Shown here: positions 10,224-37,652 of the stretch, piece after piece
Layout of the letters: each line of letters opens with the position of its first letter
Position numbering within the stretch: the stretch's first letter is position 1
Assembly (NCBI GenBank): GCA_963693365.1
Contig: CAVNZM010000008.1
Span: forward strand, 6,458,830-6,522,829
DNA from: Amoebidium appalachense
Lineage: Eukaryota > Protista > Ichthyosporea
Length of the DNA stretch: 64,000 nt
Direction: 5' to 3'
Program-made: the position numbers and the translations under genes
Notes under the pieces: model-generated
What the model was told of the DNA's origin: nothing
Database searches by the model: none
What the model saw: the letters and a program-made list of their open reading frames with translations, nothing else

Positions 10224-13200
10224 TGTAAACAACTGTACACATGAACTGTACATGTTTACTAAAGAATGTGATCTACTAGCACACGATTCGTGCTTTGTCA
10301 TGAATATCACATAAATATTATGTCCGCACCAATAGGACTCACTCTGACCTAAGAATTGAACCATATATGGTTCTTCAGCTGCATACCACATAAACGAAGT
10401 GAACCAATAAGAGGTTTGCATAAATAGGACAAAGGTCTGACTGGCTCGGACCGCACCAGAATCACGAATGGCATGTTGCCACCCGCGCTGGCCGCGGATG
10501 AACCAATCCTGGGCCTTGATCCGAAACCTGGGGGCTATATAAGAAAGCCGTCCCAGTACGGGGATCACATCAGTGAAGTCTGAGACAGACTGAGTCGGCC
10601 CATAGTAAAAGCAACCTGGCCGCGTGTGCCTTTCTACCCGTTCTCTGTCTTTATTTTGATTCAGTTGTACTCTGCCTTATCCTAACTAGTCCAACTGTTT
10701 ACATTGGCGACCGCGCAGTTCAAGAATCTCGCATCCTTCGAATCTCACATCTTTCAATCAGTTCAAGAATCTCACATCTTTCAATCAGCTCAAGAATCTC
10801 CCATGGCCGATCACAATCCTTTTTACCCCGATGATAGGCACATCTTTCCTTGTCCGGCTTAGAATATATACACCTACAAGTTTGAAGTGGCCAGCCCACC
10901 TACACGGAAAGAATTGAAAGCATGTAAAACTTCTTTTGCTACGACACATCAAAAATGTGAAGAAAAACGAATACACAACGAAACAACGAATACACGAACA
11001 AACGAATAAAGAATTGCTAACGAAGCAATGAACCAACGAAAAACGAACCATCACGAATACGCAATGAAATAAAGAATTAACGACAAACGATTGCATAGAG
11101 GAAATACGAAATGAATGCAACACGAAAACAAAACGAAGTAACGAAGTTATCAAACGACAAAAAACGAAAAACGAAAGCAAAATGAACTGGAAATACGAAA
11201 ATGAAAGGACGAATGCACAACACTGCTTGGGTTGCAATGCACACAGCCCCCTCTATGTTAGGAAGAAAATAAAACCGTTGCCCTTGCGTGCATTGCCCTA
11301 TTGCACACTGCCATCGTGTCCATGCCACCGCATGCACGTCCACACTCGCAAGCCAGATGCACGGCCACTTTCAGCACAAATGCACTTAACGAAGAAGATA
11401 GTCGCTGTTGCTATAGCATGTAGGACCTAAGATCTTATGAAAGTAGTGTTGCATGCATGCTTCGAATCCCTTGCTGTTCTCGAATACAGCATGCCCCATA
11501 GTTTAGCGCCCAGGATGCACAACATGCGCATGAATGTATGCTGGCATGCCTAAACACATTACGAACATATGCCTGACTCATGTATGGCGGCCCTTCCTGG
11601 TGCCACGCCCTAACGAATTTGCACTCTTGGTGCACAAAAGGCATGTAATAAAGTCGATGCAGAACTTTTGTTCATGCATGTGAAAAACAAAGAAGGTGTT
11701 GGGTACGAATTTTAAGGTGAATGCCCGTCTGTGGCAATACGGTGTAACATACCAATTACACTGTCAAGCCTTGCACTAGCTGCCGGCACACCCCCACCAG
11801 AACAAAAGAATGTGGTATGGGCACCGCTCCCTCACAACCCCATCATACAGTGTCAGTATTTTGGCTGGAAGCCTTTCAGTTTCGAATTACGAATACCCTC
11901 CTTCACTACTGAAGAAAGTGACGTGGAAGACAAATACGAATACGAATGCAAGGTGTTGTTGACTAACACATCGGACCATCATGTGTACCTACTAGGCCCT
12001 GGTACGGAGGTGACCATGTTATTCCCTTGCAATATGATGACACTGTAACAATTTAGCACGTGCATACCCCACCAATGGGCACATGCGGGAGACAACCCCA
12101 CAAGCTGCCTTATTGGGCACCTCTGCTAAAACGAATATTCTTCTCACGAAGGAACAGAAGAATGCCACGAACACGAACCACACACTCACCAGGCAGCTAC
12201 TTACATCTAATGTATGTAAGAAGTAGGGTGTGTGAACGGGGTAACTTCATGAACACCAACACGAAAGAAAGCACAGCACAAAGCAGTTCCACGAATACGA
12301 ATGGTTTTGGTATTCCACACAACGAACAGAACCTACAGTAGGGCCACCTACAAATGAAGCAGAGGATGGGGCACCATCCAGACCTGCACTGGAGGATATG
12401 AAAACACGAAGCGCGCTCACGAAGTTGCTTACAAAAGAAAGGGCGACTGCGACGACTTTTCTTTTTAGGCCAAGCCTCCAGAAGAATGTATTATGCCTGG
12501 AATCCCCCTGCTCAACGAAAATGGCTGGCAAATGGGATACGAAAACTGCTCACGAATGGAAGCATGTGTTTTCTGAAGGAGGCTTGCTTTGCCTACCCTC
12601 TTCTTATGAATTATGAACCGGGCTTTTACTGGTTCTGACGGGTGATATATTTCTTTATGTCGCCCAACGAAGAACACTTGGGCATTTTTATTCTGTTTTT
12701 CCCAGCTCCGATGATGCAGGGTTAAAGCTGAAAGGAAAGAAGTGCTCTTTGTTCATGAAAGAAGTGGCTTTTCCGGCCATGGTGACTCGCCTTACAGTCT
12801 TAAGGTAGAACCGGGATAAGGAGCAGCGGCTAAGCCTTGAAGCTATCCACCACTACCTGAGCTACGAAGTGACCTAAGGCTCGAGTTATATTCATTATCG
12901 AATGTTTGGTATGATCATTCATCCACACAACCAAATTACTCGCAATTGAAAACGAATCTGCGGGAGTATCCTAAAAAGGAAAAATTCCCAAAAAGGAAAA
13001 TACTACTTCTACAGAAAAGCCAAGCACAGAGACGAAGGCTTAGCGAATTATTCGCACGCACACTCTGCAACAATCTTCGCCACGAAAATGAAATCACAGA
13101 AGAATGCTGCATGAATTTACGTTTTGGCAAATGAAGAAGTGCTCATAGACGTGCACAACTCTATTCCACCGTCCTTGCTCTGTTCTGTCCAGCAGCTCGG

Positions 13201-13775
13201 CACACACAAGAATTCTCGCTGAAGGTTGTTTATCGCCTCTCAGCCTGGTGGTTTGCTTGTCTAACGACACCACCAGGCTCCCGACAAGGGGGGAGTGTAA
13301 ACAACTGTACACATGAACTGTACATGTTTACTAAAGAATGTGATCTACTAGCACACGATTCGTGCTTTGTCATGAATATCACATAAATATTATGTCCGCA
13401 CCAATAGGACTCACTCTGACCTAAGAATTGAACCATATATGGTTCTTCAGCTGCATACCACATAAACGAAGTGAACCAATAAGAGGTTTGCATAAATAGG
13501 ACAAAGGTCTGACTGGCTCGGACCGCACCAGAATCACGAATGGCATGTTGCCACCCGCGCTGGCCGCGGATGAACCAATCCTGGGCCTTGATCCGAAACC
13601 TGGGGGCTATATAAGAAAGCCGTCCCAGTACGGGGATCACATCAGTGAAGTCTGAGACAGACTGAGTCGGCCCATAGTAAAAGCAACCTGGCCGCGTGTG
13701 CCTTTCTACCCGTTCTCTGTCTTTATTTTGATTCAGTTGTACTCTGCCTTATCCTAACTAGTCCAACTGTTTACA
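10224..13775 (+). mobile_element. Non-autonomous Ty3/gypsy-derived LTR element (LARD/TRIM-like), recent insertion
   Basis: 480-bp LTRs at 10224-10703 and 13296-13775 (TGTAAACA..TGTTTACA) with no difference seen by eye. 5-bp TSD GGTGC at 10219-10223 and 13776-13780. PBS TGGCGACCGCG at 10705. PPT AAGGGGGGAG at 13286-13295. Only a decayed RT remnant (DAGLKLKGKKCSLFMKEVAF, ~12713-12772). Confidence 0.93.
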
Positions 13776-14535
13776 GGTGCGTAGCCAAAAGTTTTTCGAC
13801 ATGAATTTTCTTCTATAACTTTCTAGCCAAGCTTTGTTTGAGGATGGCTGTTACTGGAAGCGAAGTTGCCTTTTTTTGGCACCTGGACAGCAAACTAAGT
13901 TGGCACCTCGTCTACACAGACACAACTAAAACACTTGTGTATAACTCTGTTCAACACACACTTTCTCAAACCGTGCAGTGATCCACGTGTGCTGTTGTTG
14001 TTATTGTGCTTACGCGTTTTAGTGGAATGTGTAGACTAAGCGAATGTGCTCCCTTGCTCCACACAAGATCGCGCAAGATCCTCACTCGTTGAGAGAGAGA
14101 CTACCCCAGACCTGGGCATGCCCGGCAATCTTGGGAAGCGCATGAAACGAACACAAGCATACTAAGATATCCTAGGCAAGGTGGCGAAAGGCACGAACAC
14201 GCAAACACAAAAGCACCGAGAAATCTCGATACAGTTGTTGTGCATCCAAAGTGGTCTTTAGCAATCTTCCTGTTTATTTTCATCCGTCTAAACAGTGGCA
14301 GTCTGTATTACATATATATCAGTAACTACGTGCATCTTAAGTAATGAATTCATAAAACTGCTTCCTTCGTCCGTCTTATGCTTACTTCACAATCTCATTT
14401 CTGAAAGAGTATATCTACAGGGTGTATTGACAAACACACCAGAAAGGAATAAACATTTGGCAAGCAACATCACCCTTCACTTAAAACAGTGCAAATTTTT
14501 GAAGACCACTTGTAAAGTTACATGCTTGCATTCAG

Positions 14536-15198
14536 TCAGCAAGCAAAGTGTGGTGTTGCCGATACACTTCTTAGCGTTACCAACGCCAACTGCTCCCTCG
14601 AGAGCTTATATTCAACACTTCTAGCCCGTGGCCGCAATGACTTGTCCCCAGTGGACACCACCATGTCAGCTTTGCTCTGTGCACTCTCTGCTGATGCGTT
14701 TCTGCGAAGTTTTGTACAAGAACTACGAGAGAGCGATGGAAGCGTGTTGACGTGCTTAAGAGTGCTGCTCTTTTGCTTGGTAATTGTGGGGAGAGGATTA
14801 GCCGACGTTGACGAAGCAACGGGCTGAACTGGGGGAGTCTTCACACCCACGCTCTCACAGGGTTTTACGGTTGATAAAGGAGCAGATGGTGATGACAGAG
14901 ATGTGGGTGGTGCTTGTATGTATGCTCCTGCTAGCTGCGCTTTCAACACGGGGCCTCCGTCCACAGACCTCCGTGGGCTGGTGTGCACGTGTGTTCGAAG
15001 CTTCTCGACGTTGCTTGCTTCGTATTTTGCCCTGAGGGTGTGCTGGCTCACCACTAGGCCCACCACAACCGAAAACACAGCCACTGCCGGGGGAAAGAGG
15101 TAGGCCAGCCACGCTGACATAAAAACAGCACACGTGTGGAGGGCCGCCTCTGCACCTTGAGACACGCCTATGACGTCTTGCGTCTTTCCTATGCTCAT
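14536..15198 (-). CDS. Hypothetical protein, 220 aa, with a hydrophobic N-terminal segment and Ser/Pro/Thr-rich middle
   Basis: ATG-initiated, non-repetitive ORF with hydrophobic stretch AVFMSAWLAYLFPPAVAVFSVVVGLVV. No family recognised. Confidence 0.35.
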   Translation of the reverse strand: MSIGKTQDVIGVSQGAEAALHTCAVFMSAWLAYLFPPAVAVFSVVVGLVVSQHTLRAKYEASNVEKLRTHVHTSPRRSVDGGPVLKAQLAGAYIQAPPTSLSSPSAPLSTVKPCESVGVKTPPVQPVASSTSANPLPTITKQKSSTLKHVNTLPSLSRSSCTKLRRNASAESAQSKADMVVSTGDKSLRPRARSVEYKLSREQLALVTLRSVSATPHFAC

Positions 15199-15791
15199 TC
15201 TCGCGCTGTTTCAACCGTCAGCAGGGTGACTCGGTTGTTCGAGGCGAAACAGGTATTTTAATTAAAATCTGTATTCCTTTACGTCTGCAGCTCGATGGCA
15301 AGAATTGAGCAAGTTGTTGCCATATACTAGAGGGCCCCTCAAAAACTGGGGTAATTAAATTTGCTGCACTTTACAGCTTCTATGGGTATAGTAGCTAAAA
15401 CTTCGTTCAACTCATTCAGCCTGTTCAGATCTTGAATTCAACTCATTCAACTCTCCAACTGCCGTACACTACCTGCTCGCTTTGTTTATATCTGCGGAAT
15501 CGTCCACATACAAGATGCACATCCCTTCTCAAGATGTTTATCCAGAGGGTCGCTAAAATAGGTGATCCCTCCGATGATACTAGCGTAAAAGCAGTGAATT
15601 CGATATTATGAGCACAATAAAACCACACTTATGGCTGTATATCATAGCAAACGGGCACATTTTTTGCCAACTTGGGGGCTGATGTATTTTTTTTTTTTTT
15701 ACACACTGTGTCAACGTTCAGTGGGTTATGAAGTATGTTCTTGAAAGCGGATTGACTGCAACCAATCAGGAACGTTACCGGTCGTTACAGT

Positions 15792-16134
15792 GTATAATAT
15801 CCTAATTCCGGAAATATTCCGGAACTTTTCACTTTTGTGAATTTCCACCGCACAAAATCAACAAATTACTCAGGCGGATGTTGCATCTAATGGAAATAAT
15901 TCCTTGATTTTCCGGAGATTTCCGATGCTAATCAAAAATATTAATTAATAGTCACTAAAATATCAGCCCTTTAAGGTTTGATGGGAGCGTTGCTGATTGA
16001 AAATTTCTTCGCACCCGACGCTCAAGTCACGCTTTTTTTCAGAGGGCCGTGCTCAAGTAGAGTTGGAAGTTTAAGAAATTTCCATGGAAAGTGATAGGCC
16101 GAAATTTCCGCCTGTTGTGAGGCCTCGCCCTCCC

Positions 16135-16183
<49 letters not shown>

Positions 16184-16462
16184 ACCACCACCACCCCCTT
16201 GAAGGGGCCCCCCCTTCCCCCAAGCCTACTAATAACATGTGAAGGTTCACGCCAAGAAACCTAGCTATAGCTCCACAAAACCTCTAGTATTTATATATAT
16301 ATATATAAATATATGCTAGTAATATTATTATGTTGAACGGGAAATTTCTGGAAATTTCCTTGAAAAAGATCTATTGCATGTGCTTCCAAGTACATATATA
16401 TGCATTAAATATATGCATCGTCTACACACATTAAACTTCTGCGCATATGCAGCTTCCCCCCC

Positions 16463-16516
<54 letters not shown>

Positions 16517-17326
16517 GTATATACCATGATTGAGCGCGCTCGTATATATAATAGTAGTTTAGTAAATGTATCCACATATATATGCATCATATGCATGCAT
16601 GGCAGCTGGAGTGCACGTGAACGTATCTGCATGCATTGTGATTATGACTTCATATACGTATACTACAGTACATACAGGAACCTCACTCAGATTTACGACA
16701 GGGAATTCAGCTTTTCTTTTTTAAAATGAATGAATTCGATCGAAACTATGATAAATACTTGTACAAGTACATATCACCATATGCATATGATATCCACGAG
16801 TTTCCAAAATCAGACGGAAATGAATGGAAAGCCGCCCTCGATCTTTAAGACTTCTTACCTAAGCTATTGGAAACTTTTGGAAATTTCCACCTTTACCCCC
16901 CCCCCCCCCCCCCCCCCCCTCCCCCCCCGGCCCCACACACACACACACACAAACACACATGTATGGATATGGTTGTGTATTGACAATGCAGGAACCTTAG
17001 AAAAACAGGGAAAGCCTTTCATTTATTTATGAATGAAACTATGTATACGATGATACTTGTACAAGTACATGTGGCACCATATGATATACACCAGTTTCCG
17101 GAAATCAGATGGAAATGCCTCCTTCACAGAGGGCGGCGTTGAGTGGAAATTTTGGAAATTTCGGAAATTTCCACCAGCTTAGTCATGGAATTTGGACATT
17201 TCAGGAAATTTAAAACATTCGACTTACCTATCTGGGCCGGTGTAATTTCCATCCTATTTCCGGGAATTTCCGGAAATGGAAATTTTCGGAAATGATTTCC
17301 ACTTATTTCCGGAATTGGGCTATCTC
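15792..17326. mobile_element. Non-autonomous DNA transposon, Mutator/MULE-like
   Basis: Direct repeat TCGTTACAGT at 15782-15791 and 17327-17336 (TSD 8-10 bp). Imperfect TIRs sharing AATTCCGGAAATA. Many GGAAATTTCC-like motifs, densest near both ends. No transposase. Confidence 0.7.
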
Positions 17327-20094
17327 TCGTTACAGTCATCGCAGATTTGTTCTGATTGGTTGGTTTGTAATGTTCTTTCGCGATGATTGGTCTCTCAGAA
17401 CCTAATCTGAAGGAAGGCAAAGATCTTAGATCTTGACGAGATTTGTTATACATAGGCTTTTTCGACATTTGAAGGCATAACTTTTTCTTCAGCCGTTATA
17501 TGTCTATTACGTTAATATGATTCCTGTGCTCACTCTTTGATCTTATATCTAGGTGTTCTGAATTTCCTTCTTTTTATTCTCTCGCTGGACAACTCAGTGA
17601 TAGCTGACTGATAATAGGTGAGATCATCCCGCCGAAACGGGTACTCTTGATTGGTTGACGCCTGTGCGGGCTAGATCCTTTAGATCTGGTGCTTCTCTAT
17701 ACTAGATCTGGCCCTGACACAACATTGCTTCGAACTTTCCACCTCTTTCTTCATTTTAAATTAATTACACATACCGTTGTCTGATTTTATGAATATAATA
17801 TATTTACAACACACATTGCAGTCGCTCTAGAGCTCTCTCTGGACCATATACGTACATGATATTGACCATAACGCAACTTGCACTGCATATTCTTGAATGC
17901 ATGGCGCTTGACTTCACGTGCACAATGAGCATTGGATGACGCGGACGAGCACGCTGCAGATTCCATTGGCCCATGGGCTACTGGTGAGTGTCAAGCGAAA
18001 GTAAGTGTGTTGTTGCATGCTGGCCATGGCGTATTCTATTTACTACCTATTCCGATGATGATTCTGTAAACGGTGTGTATTGGTGGGGCTTTTGTCTGGC
18101 GTGTACACTGCATGATCAGCCCAGAGTCTAGTGTTTGTCACTGTTTAGTTCAGAAGTAGATGCAGCGGGCAACTCCTCGCGGACGGGCTCAAAATTTGAC
18201 AGTATCTGTTAACTTGTAGGCCTGTACATGTAGCCTGTCTGTAGCATAAGTGGTATACGTAGCCTTGCTGGCCTGGCCGAGTCGGAAACACCTCATGATC
18301 AGCGGAAAGGCAGAAACGGAAAAAAACAATGCACGCTGGCGTCTGCCAGCTGCAGATCTTTAGCCTCACGTTATATATATATATTCAGCATTCCACTCCA
18401 TTTGTAGCGGCCCGGCCTGGAGCCGGCTGCACATATACACGACCCGAGATTCGGGAACCGACCGTCCCGACGTACACTCGAGCTTTTGGAAATCTCGAGA
18501 GAACGTACAACAAAAGGAGCAAGTAAAGGGGAAAGGAGGGGAAAAGGTGAAGAAAAAAAAGAAAAATTAGTGGCACCTTCGCAGCCAAACCGTCTGCGGT
18601 CAAGCTACAGTTGCGGTCCGTTGGCAACGGCCGGTGACACTGTGACAAAGAACTCCCGCACACAACGATTGGGTAATGGCGCATTCAGTTACGTAAGTAC
18701 GACAAAGGTGATTGGGGATTTATGCATCAGGCTTACGTCTTCTCTGTATATTTTTTTTTTTTTTTTTTTTTTTTACCCTGGTGAACTGACCGAGTCGAGT
18801 ATCGAAGGGTTCACAAATGACGCTGTGGAGCTCAATGGAGTTGCGGGTCGTGTTACTTTCTTCATTGGTTGTTCTTCGTTTTCCTAGGAACGATACAAAG
18901 TGGTTTCCATTCGTTTAGGCTTAAACGCCAGCTTCTGTGGCCTGGGGCCAACACAGTTTTCCATAAATTGATAGTCGCAGGTTTTCCACTTACGAGAAAC
19001 GTTACGGTTACAAAGATCCGGTCAAGGTATTGCGCCCTCTCCTCTTCTTCTTCGGAATAGATCAATATTTTTCCCCCTTACTGTGCGTTTATCTAAACCA
19101 TGTTAGTGGCGTGAATTTCAGCTCTGTATTTTCCGCCTGGTGGTCCCCTCCCCCCTCCCTCCCCCCTTCTATCCTCCTCCCCCCCCCCCCCCCCACTTCC
19201 CCTCTCTTCTCAACCCTCACCCGCCCTCCCTTCCCCTCTCTTCTCAACCCCCCCCCCCCCCCTATTTACCCCTCGCACATCGGCTTCATTCCCTAAGCCC
19301 TTTCCTCTTCCTAGCTTCTCATTCTGCAAAGATCCAATATGCAGTGAAAGCTCTGAAGTACGCTCTCTCTTTCACACCATACCAAATACCGCACTGTTGA
19401 ACCTGGGCAACAAGCCAACAGCATCTCCCCCTTCCCGCCCTTTTCACCCCCGTTACCAGCACCCTGATGTTACGCAGTTATGTGGCTCCTTCTAGTCAGT
19501 TCCATTCTCCTTCTTCCCTCCCATTTTATGCCCAACTTTCACGTTAACAAGCAGTGGTAGCTCGAGATTCAGCACACAACTTTACGGGGTGGTTCTGAGA
19601 ATCCATGCTTTATTCTTGCTTTCTGTTCATCGGGCACCTCTGACAATCTCGAGCAAATAGACACCTAACTTCAAACACTGAATGCCACAATAATCTCTGC
19701 CTTTGTTCCGTTTACACCTTCCCTCCCTCCCTCCCCCCCTCCCCCCCCCCCCGCCCCTCCCCTCCTCCCTCCCCCTGTTGACCCTGTAATCTACTCGTAT
19801 GGATCAAGTACAAGCTTCCCGCCTCTTTGCGTCACATTCCTTTTTCGCATCAGCGTTCGGAAACAAAAGTTTCCGCCTTGGCACTTGCATTTTAAACTCT
19901 CCGCGTGTTTATGGCCTGTCATAGCCCTAACTTTATTCTGTTACCAACCCCTCCCCTCCCCCCCCCCCCCCCCCCCCCCCTCCCCCCCCCCCCCCCCCCC
20001 CCACTCCCCTCCCCCCCGCCGCGCCTCTTTCTCTCTTTCCCTGACACCCACAACGATCACACAGGCACCAGCTCTCGTGAGCCCCAACGTCAAA

Positions 20095-34708
<14,614 letters not shown>

Positions 34709-35324
34709 GATATGCTGAATGTCGGTATTGATGCAAGAAAGGATATCCAATGTGTATACGATATATCGTCGATGCGACAATGTGTAGAGTTGCATACATC
34801 AAATGTGTATATGGACAAGACAAGCGCACTGCTAAGCACACCTGTCACCACATATCCACAATTCACACACGGGCAAAGAAAGGCACACACAGAGTCTATA
34901 TTCACGTGTTTGAGTTGACACCAGCCATGCACATGTACGCATGCGGCAACCACGGACGACCAACCAGAAATAGGAGTAGTCACGTGGGCCATGCATAACT
35001 TGCCAGACGCATCGATATGGGGACAGCGTGTGCTGTGCACGTGAGCCTGGACAATGTTCACAAAGACTAGCATTGGCTAGACCCTCCCATTGTATTCTAT
35101 CAGAGAGTAACTGTTTACACCTGTATGCATATGTGCTCCAACCTTTTCCTCCGTGCCCACCACCCACCGATGTGCCTTAGAATGCAGACAATTGTTAACG
35201 TGTGCACGTAGTATAACTGTTGTGCACAGCTCACGAACTCGCATACACAAATTAAAAGCACTCACACAACACGCACAAGCACCCACACGTGCTTGCAACA
35301 CGTAAACACTACCTTCCCCCCTTC

Positions 35325-35393
<69 letters not shown>

Positions 35394-35734
35394 CCGGTCA
35401 CAGGAAATTTATGTTGCCCGATGAAGCATTATAAAAGCACTGGGCTACGTCCTAAAGTCTCAATTCAAAGCCACATAGTCCTGTCCGCAGTGTGTGCTGC
35501 ATGGGCGTTTGTGTATGTGCATGCTTGTGTGCGTGTCTGCGCGTGCGTACCTGTGTGCTCGTGTGTGTGCGTGTGACTGTGTGCACGGGTCCCCCCTCCC
35601 CTCTCCCCCCCCCATCCACCCACCCTGCGAACTGTCCTGTCCTAGCTCCGAGGAGTTCACACCACGCGTTGTAGATGTCATAAGCACATGAAGTAATTTG
35701 GCTCCTTGCACGTGCAAACATGTCATCAAATTCA

Positions 35735-36165
35735 CACTGAGCTCCGGGGAGTCCGATCCCTACGTTTCTGAAAAACCGCTGTTCGAATGACTATAGCCGA
35801 TCGGCTCAGCTGATCAAAATAAGGAACTATCAAAGCAAATAGTATCTGCAGTGCCTTCCGAGGCATTAGTTCTGCCAGCTGGCGACCACACCAGATATGT
35901 TGCTGCGTACAATTATGCAGCATCTTGCTAACTTGAGCTCGGACATGGTCGTCTATAGCTATAACTTGCAGCAAAAGGTTAAAGTCATGCAATATACTAT
36001 CACACTATATATATATCCTTCACATTCAGAGATATGAGTCCATTTTGCCCTCAACCGTTGAACCAATGGTGCCGTGATCGTGATCTCTCTCACCTTCCCG
36101 GTGGCATATTCAATGGCCACAGCTACCCAATCCCACTGGAGCCCAAACTGCAATATTAAATTGAG
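35735..36165 (-). pseudogene. Highly decayed LINE RT thumb-region fragment
   Basis: ECEGYIYSVIV..LTF and RQLAELMPRKALQILFALIVPYFD resemble the YKYLGV..LTF and RRLKH.LPRKAL..LY..LILP.FDY segments of non-LTR RTs. Frameshifted. Confidence 0.45.
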
Positions 36166-36254
36166 GTGTACGTCACGTGGCACGTGCAAGTATGTGTTTT
36201 TTTGTGTTTGAAGGACGGGGGGAGGGAGGGGGTGGGGGGAGGTTGTTTGATGCC

Positions 36255-36330
<76 letters not shown>

Positions 36331-36593
36331 TTCGCAATTTGGGCAAGTGTATGCTTTGCAAATTCAGTATTACTCTTGGAATGAAGAGAGAAATGGAGGA
36401 GCGATAAATCACGTTACTTAGTCTAACTTGAAGGGTGCCACCGCGCATTGGGCCCGGCTCTACTAGTGGCCCCCCGAGGGGGGGGGGGGGGGGGGGGGGA
36501 GGGGGGGGGGGATGAAAGAGAGAACTGCCCTGTGTTTGGCTGGTAAGCAATCAGATGTATGTGTTGGCGTTGGTAGCTGGGGGAGGGGGGAGG

Positions 36594-36645
<52 letters not shown>

Positions 36646-37652
36646 CGGTGAGATAGGATGAAGTTCAAGTCCCACAATATTTTTGTTTTGATTCTTTTTT
36701 TCCTTTTTAGTTGGGGGCGGGGTGGCACGGGGGGGCCCCGGGAGGGGGGGGGGGGGGGTGGGGGGGGGGGGTGGGGGACGGGGGGATGGCAAAAAACCAA
36801 TCTTAGGTGCGACTCTAGCCCCAGACAGTATTGTTGTTTTTGGGAGGAATCACCGTTGGTGCCACAAAAAAACTCACGAGCCCAGTGTATGCGTGCTTAC
36901 GTGTCTGCATATAAAAGAAAACATGCCTGGGGAGCAAATTGTGGCTGACAGTGTGGGAAATTTACAGGATACCATGTTAGACAATTCAATCCGATTGGCA
37001 AGTGAAAATCCTCCCCCCCCCCCCCCCTTCCCCCTATGGCCATCTCCAACTTTTCTAGTGCGACAGTTAGGCTGGGCATAACGTCTCCATGGTTTCATAA
37101 CCCCCTTCCCCCCCCCCCCCCCCCCCCCCCCTCCCCCCCTCCCCCCCCCCCCCCCCCTCCCCTCCCCCCCTCCCGGGGCGGCGGACTAAGGAAGCACACA
37201 ACAGCACAACCACAACTGTTAGCCAAGTTAAGGCTAAGGCACCCTAGCCCTCATAAGCATCATATGTTATTGATTCACTGACGACAGGCGCGGTTTTGAA
37301 ACCAGGCAGAATCCACTTTAATAGCTAGTTAGCAAGCAACGTGCACGCGCAAAACCGCATCTCATATTCAGACTGCAGCAACACTGTCGACATGTCACGG
37401 TTACCTCCCGACATCTTTCAAGAAGTTTGAATTTGGCAAAAAAATCGGGATGGCGTGAATATATTGGCCAGGGGGAGGGGGGAGGGGGGGTGCTCGTGCG
37501 TGTGCGGCTGTGTGCACGGGTCAATCTCTACTTAGTCCTGTGCTCCCCCTGCTTGCACGTGCAGCCTTGTCACCAAGTTTACCGAGTCAGGATCGCGGGA
37601 GTCCGATAAGTTTCACAAAACTTGGGCTGAATGAGCCGCTAGTAAGGTCCCA

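Noticed and set aside
10086-10568. 160-aa ORF repeated at 13230-13640
   Set aside because: Antisense reading of the LTR; the duplication is explained by the LTR pair.
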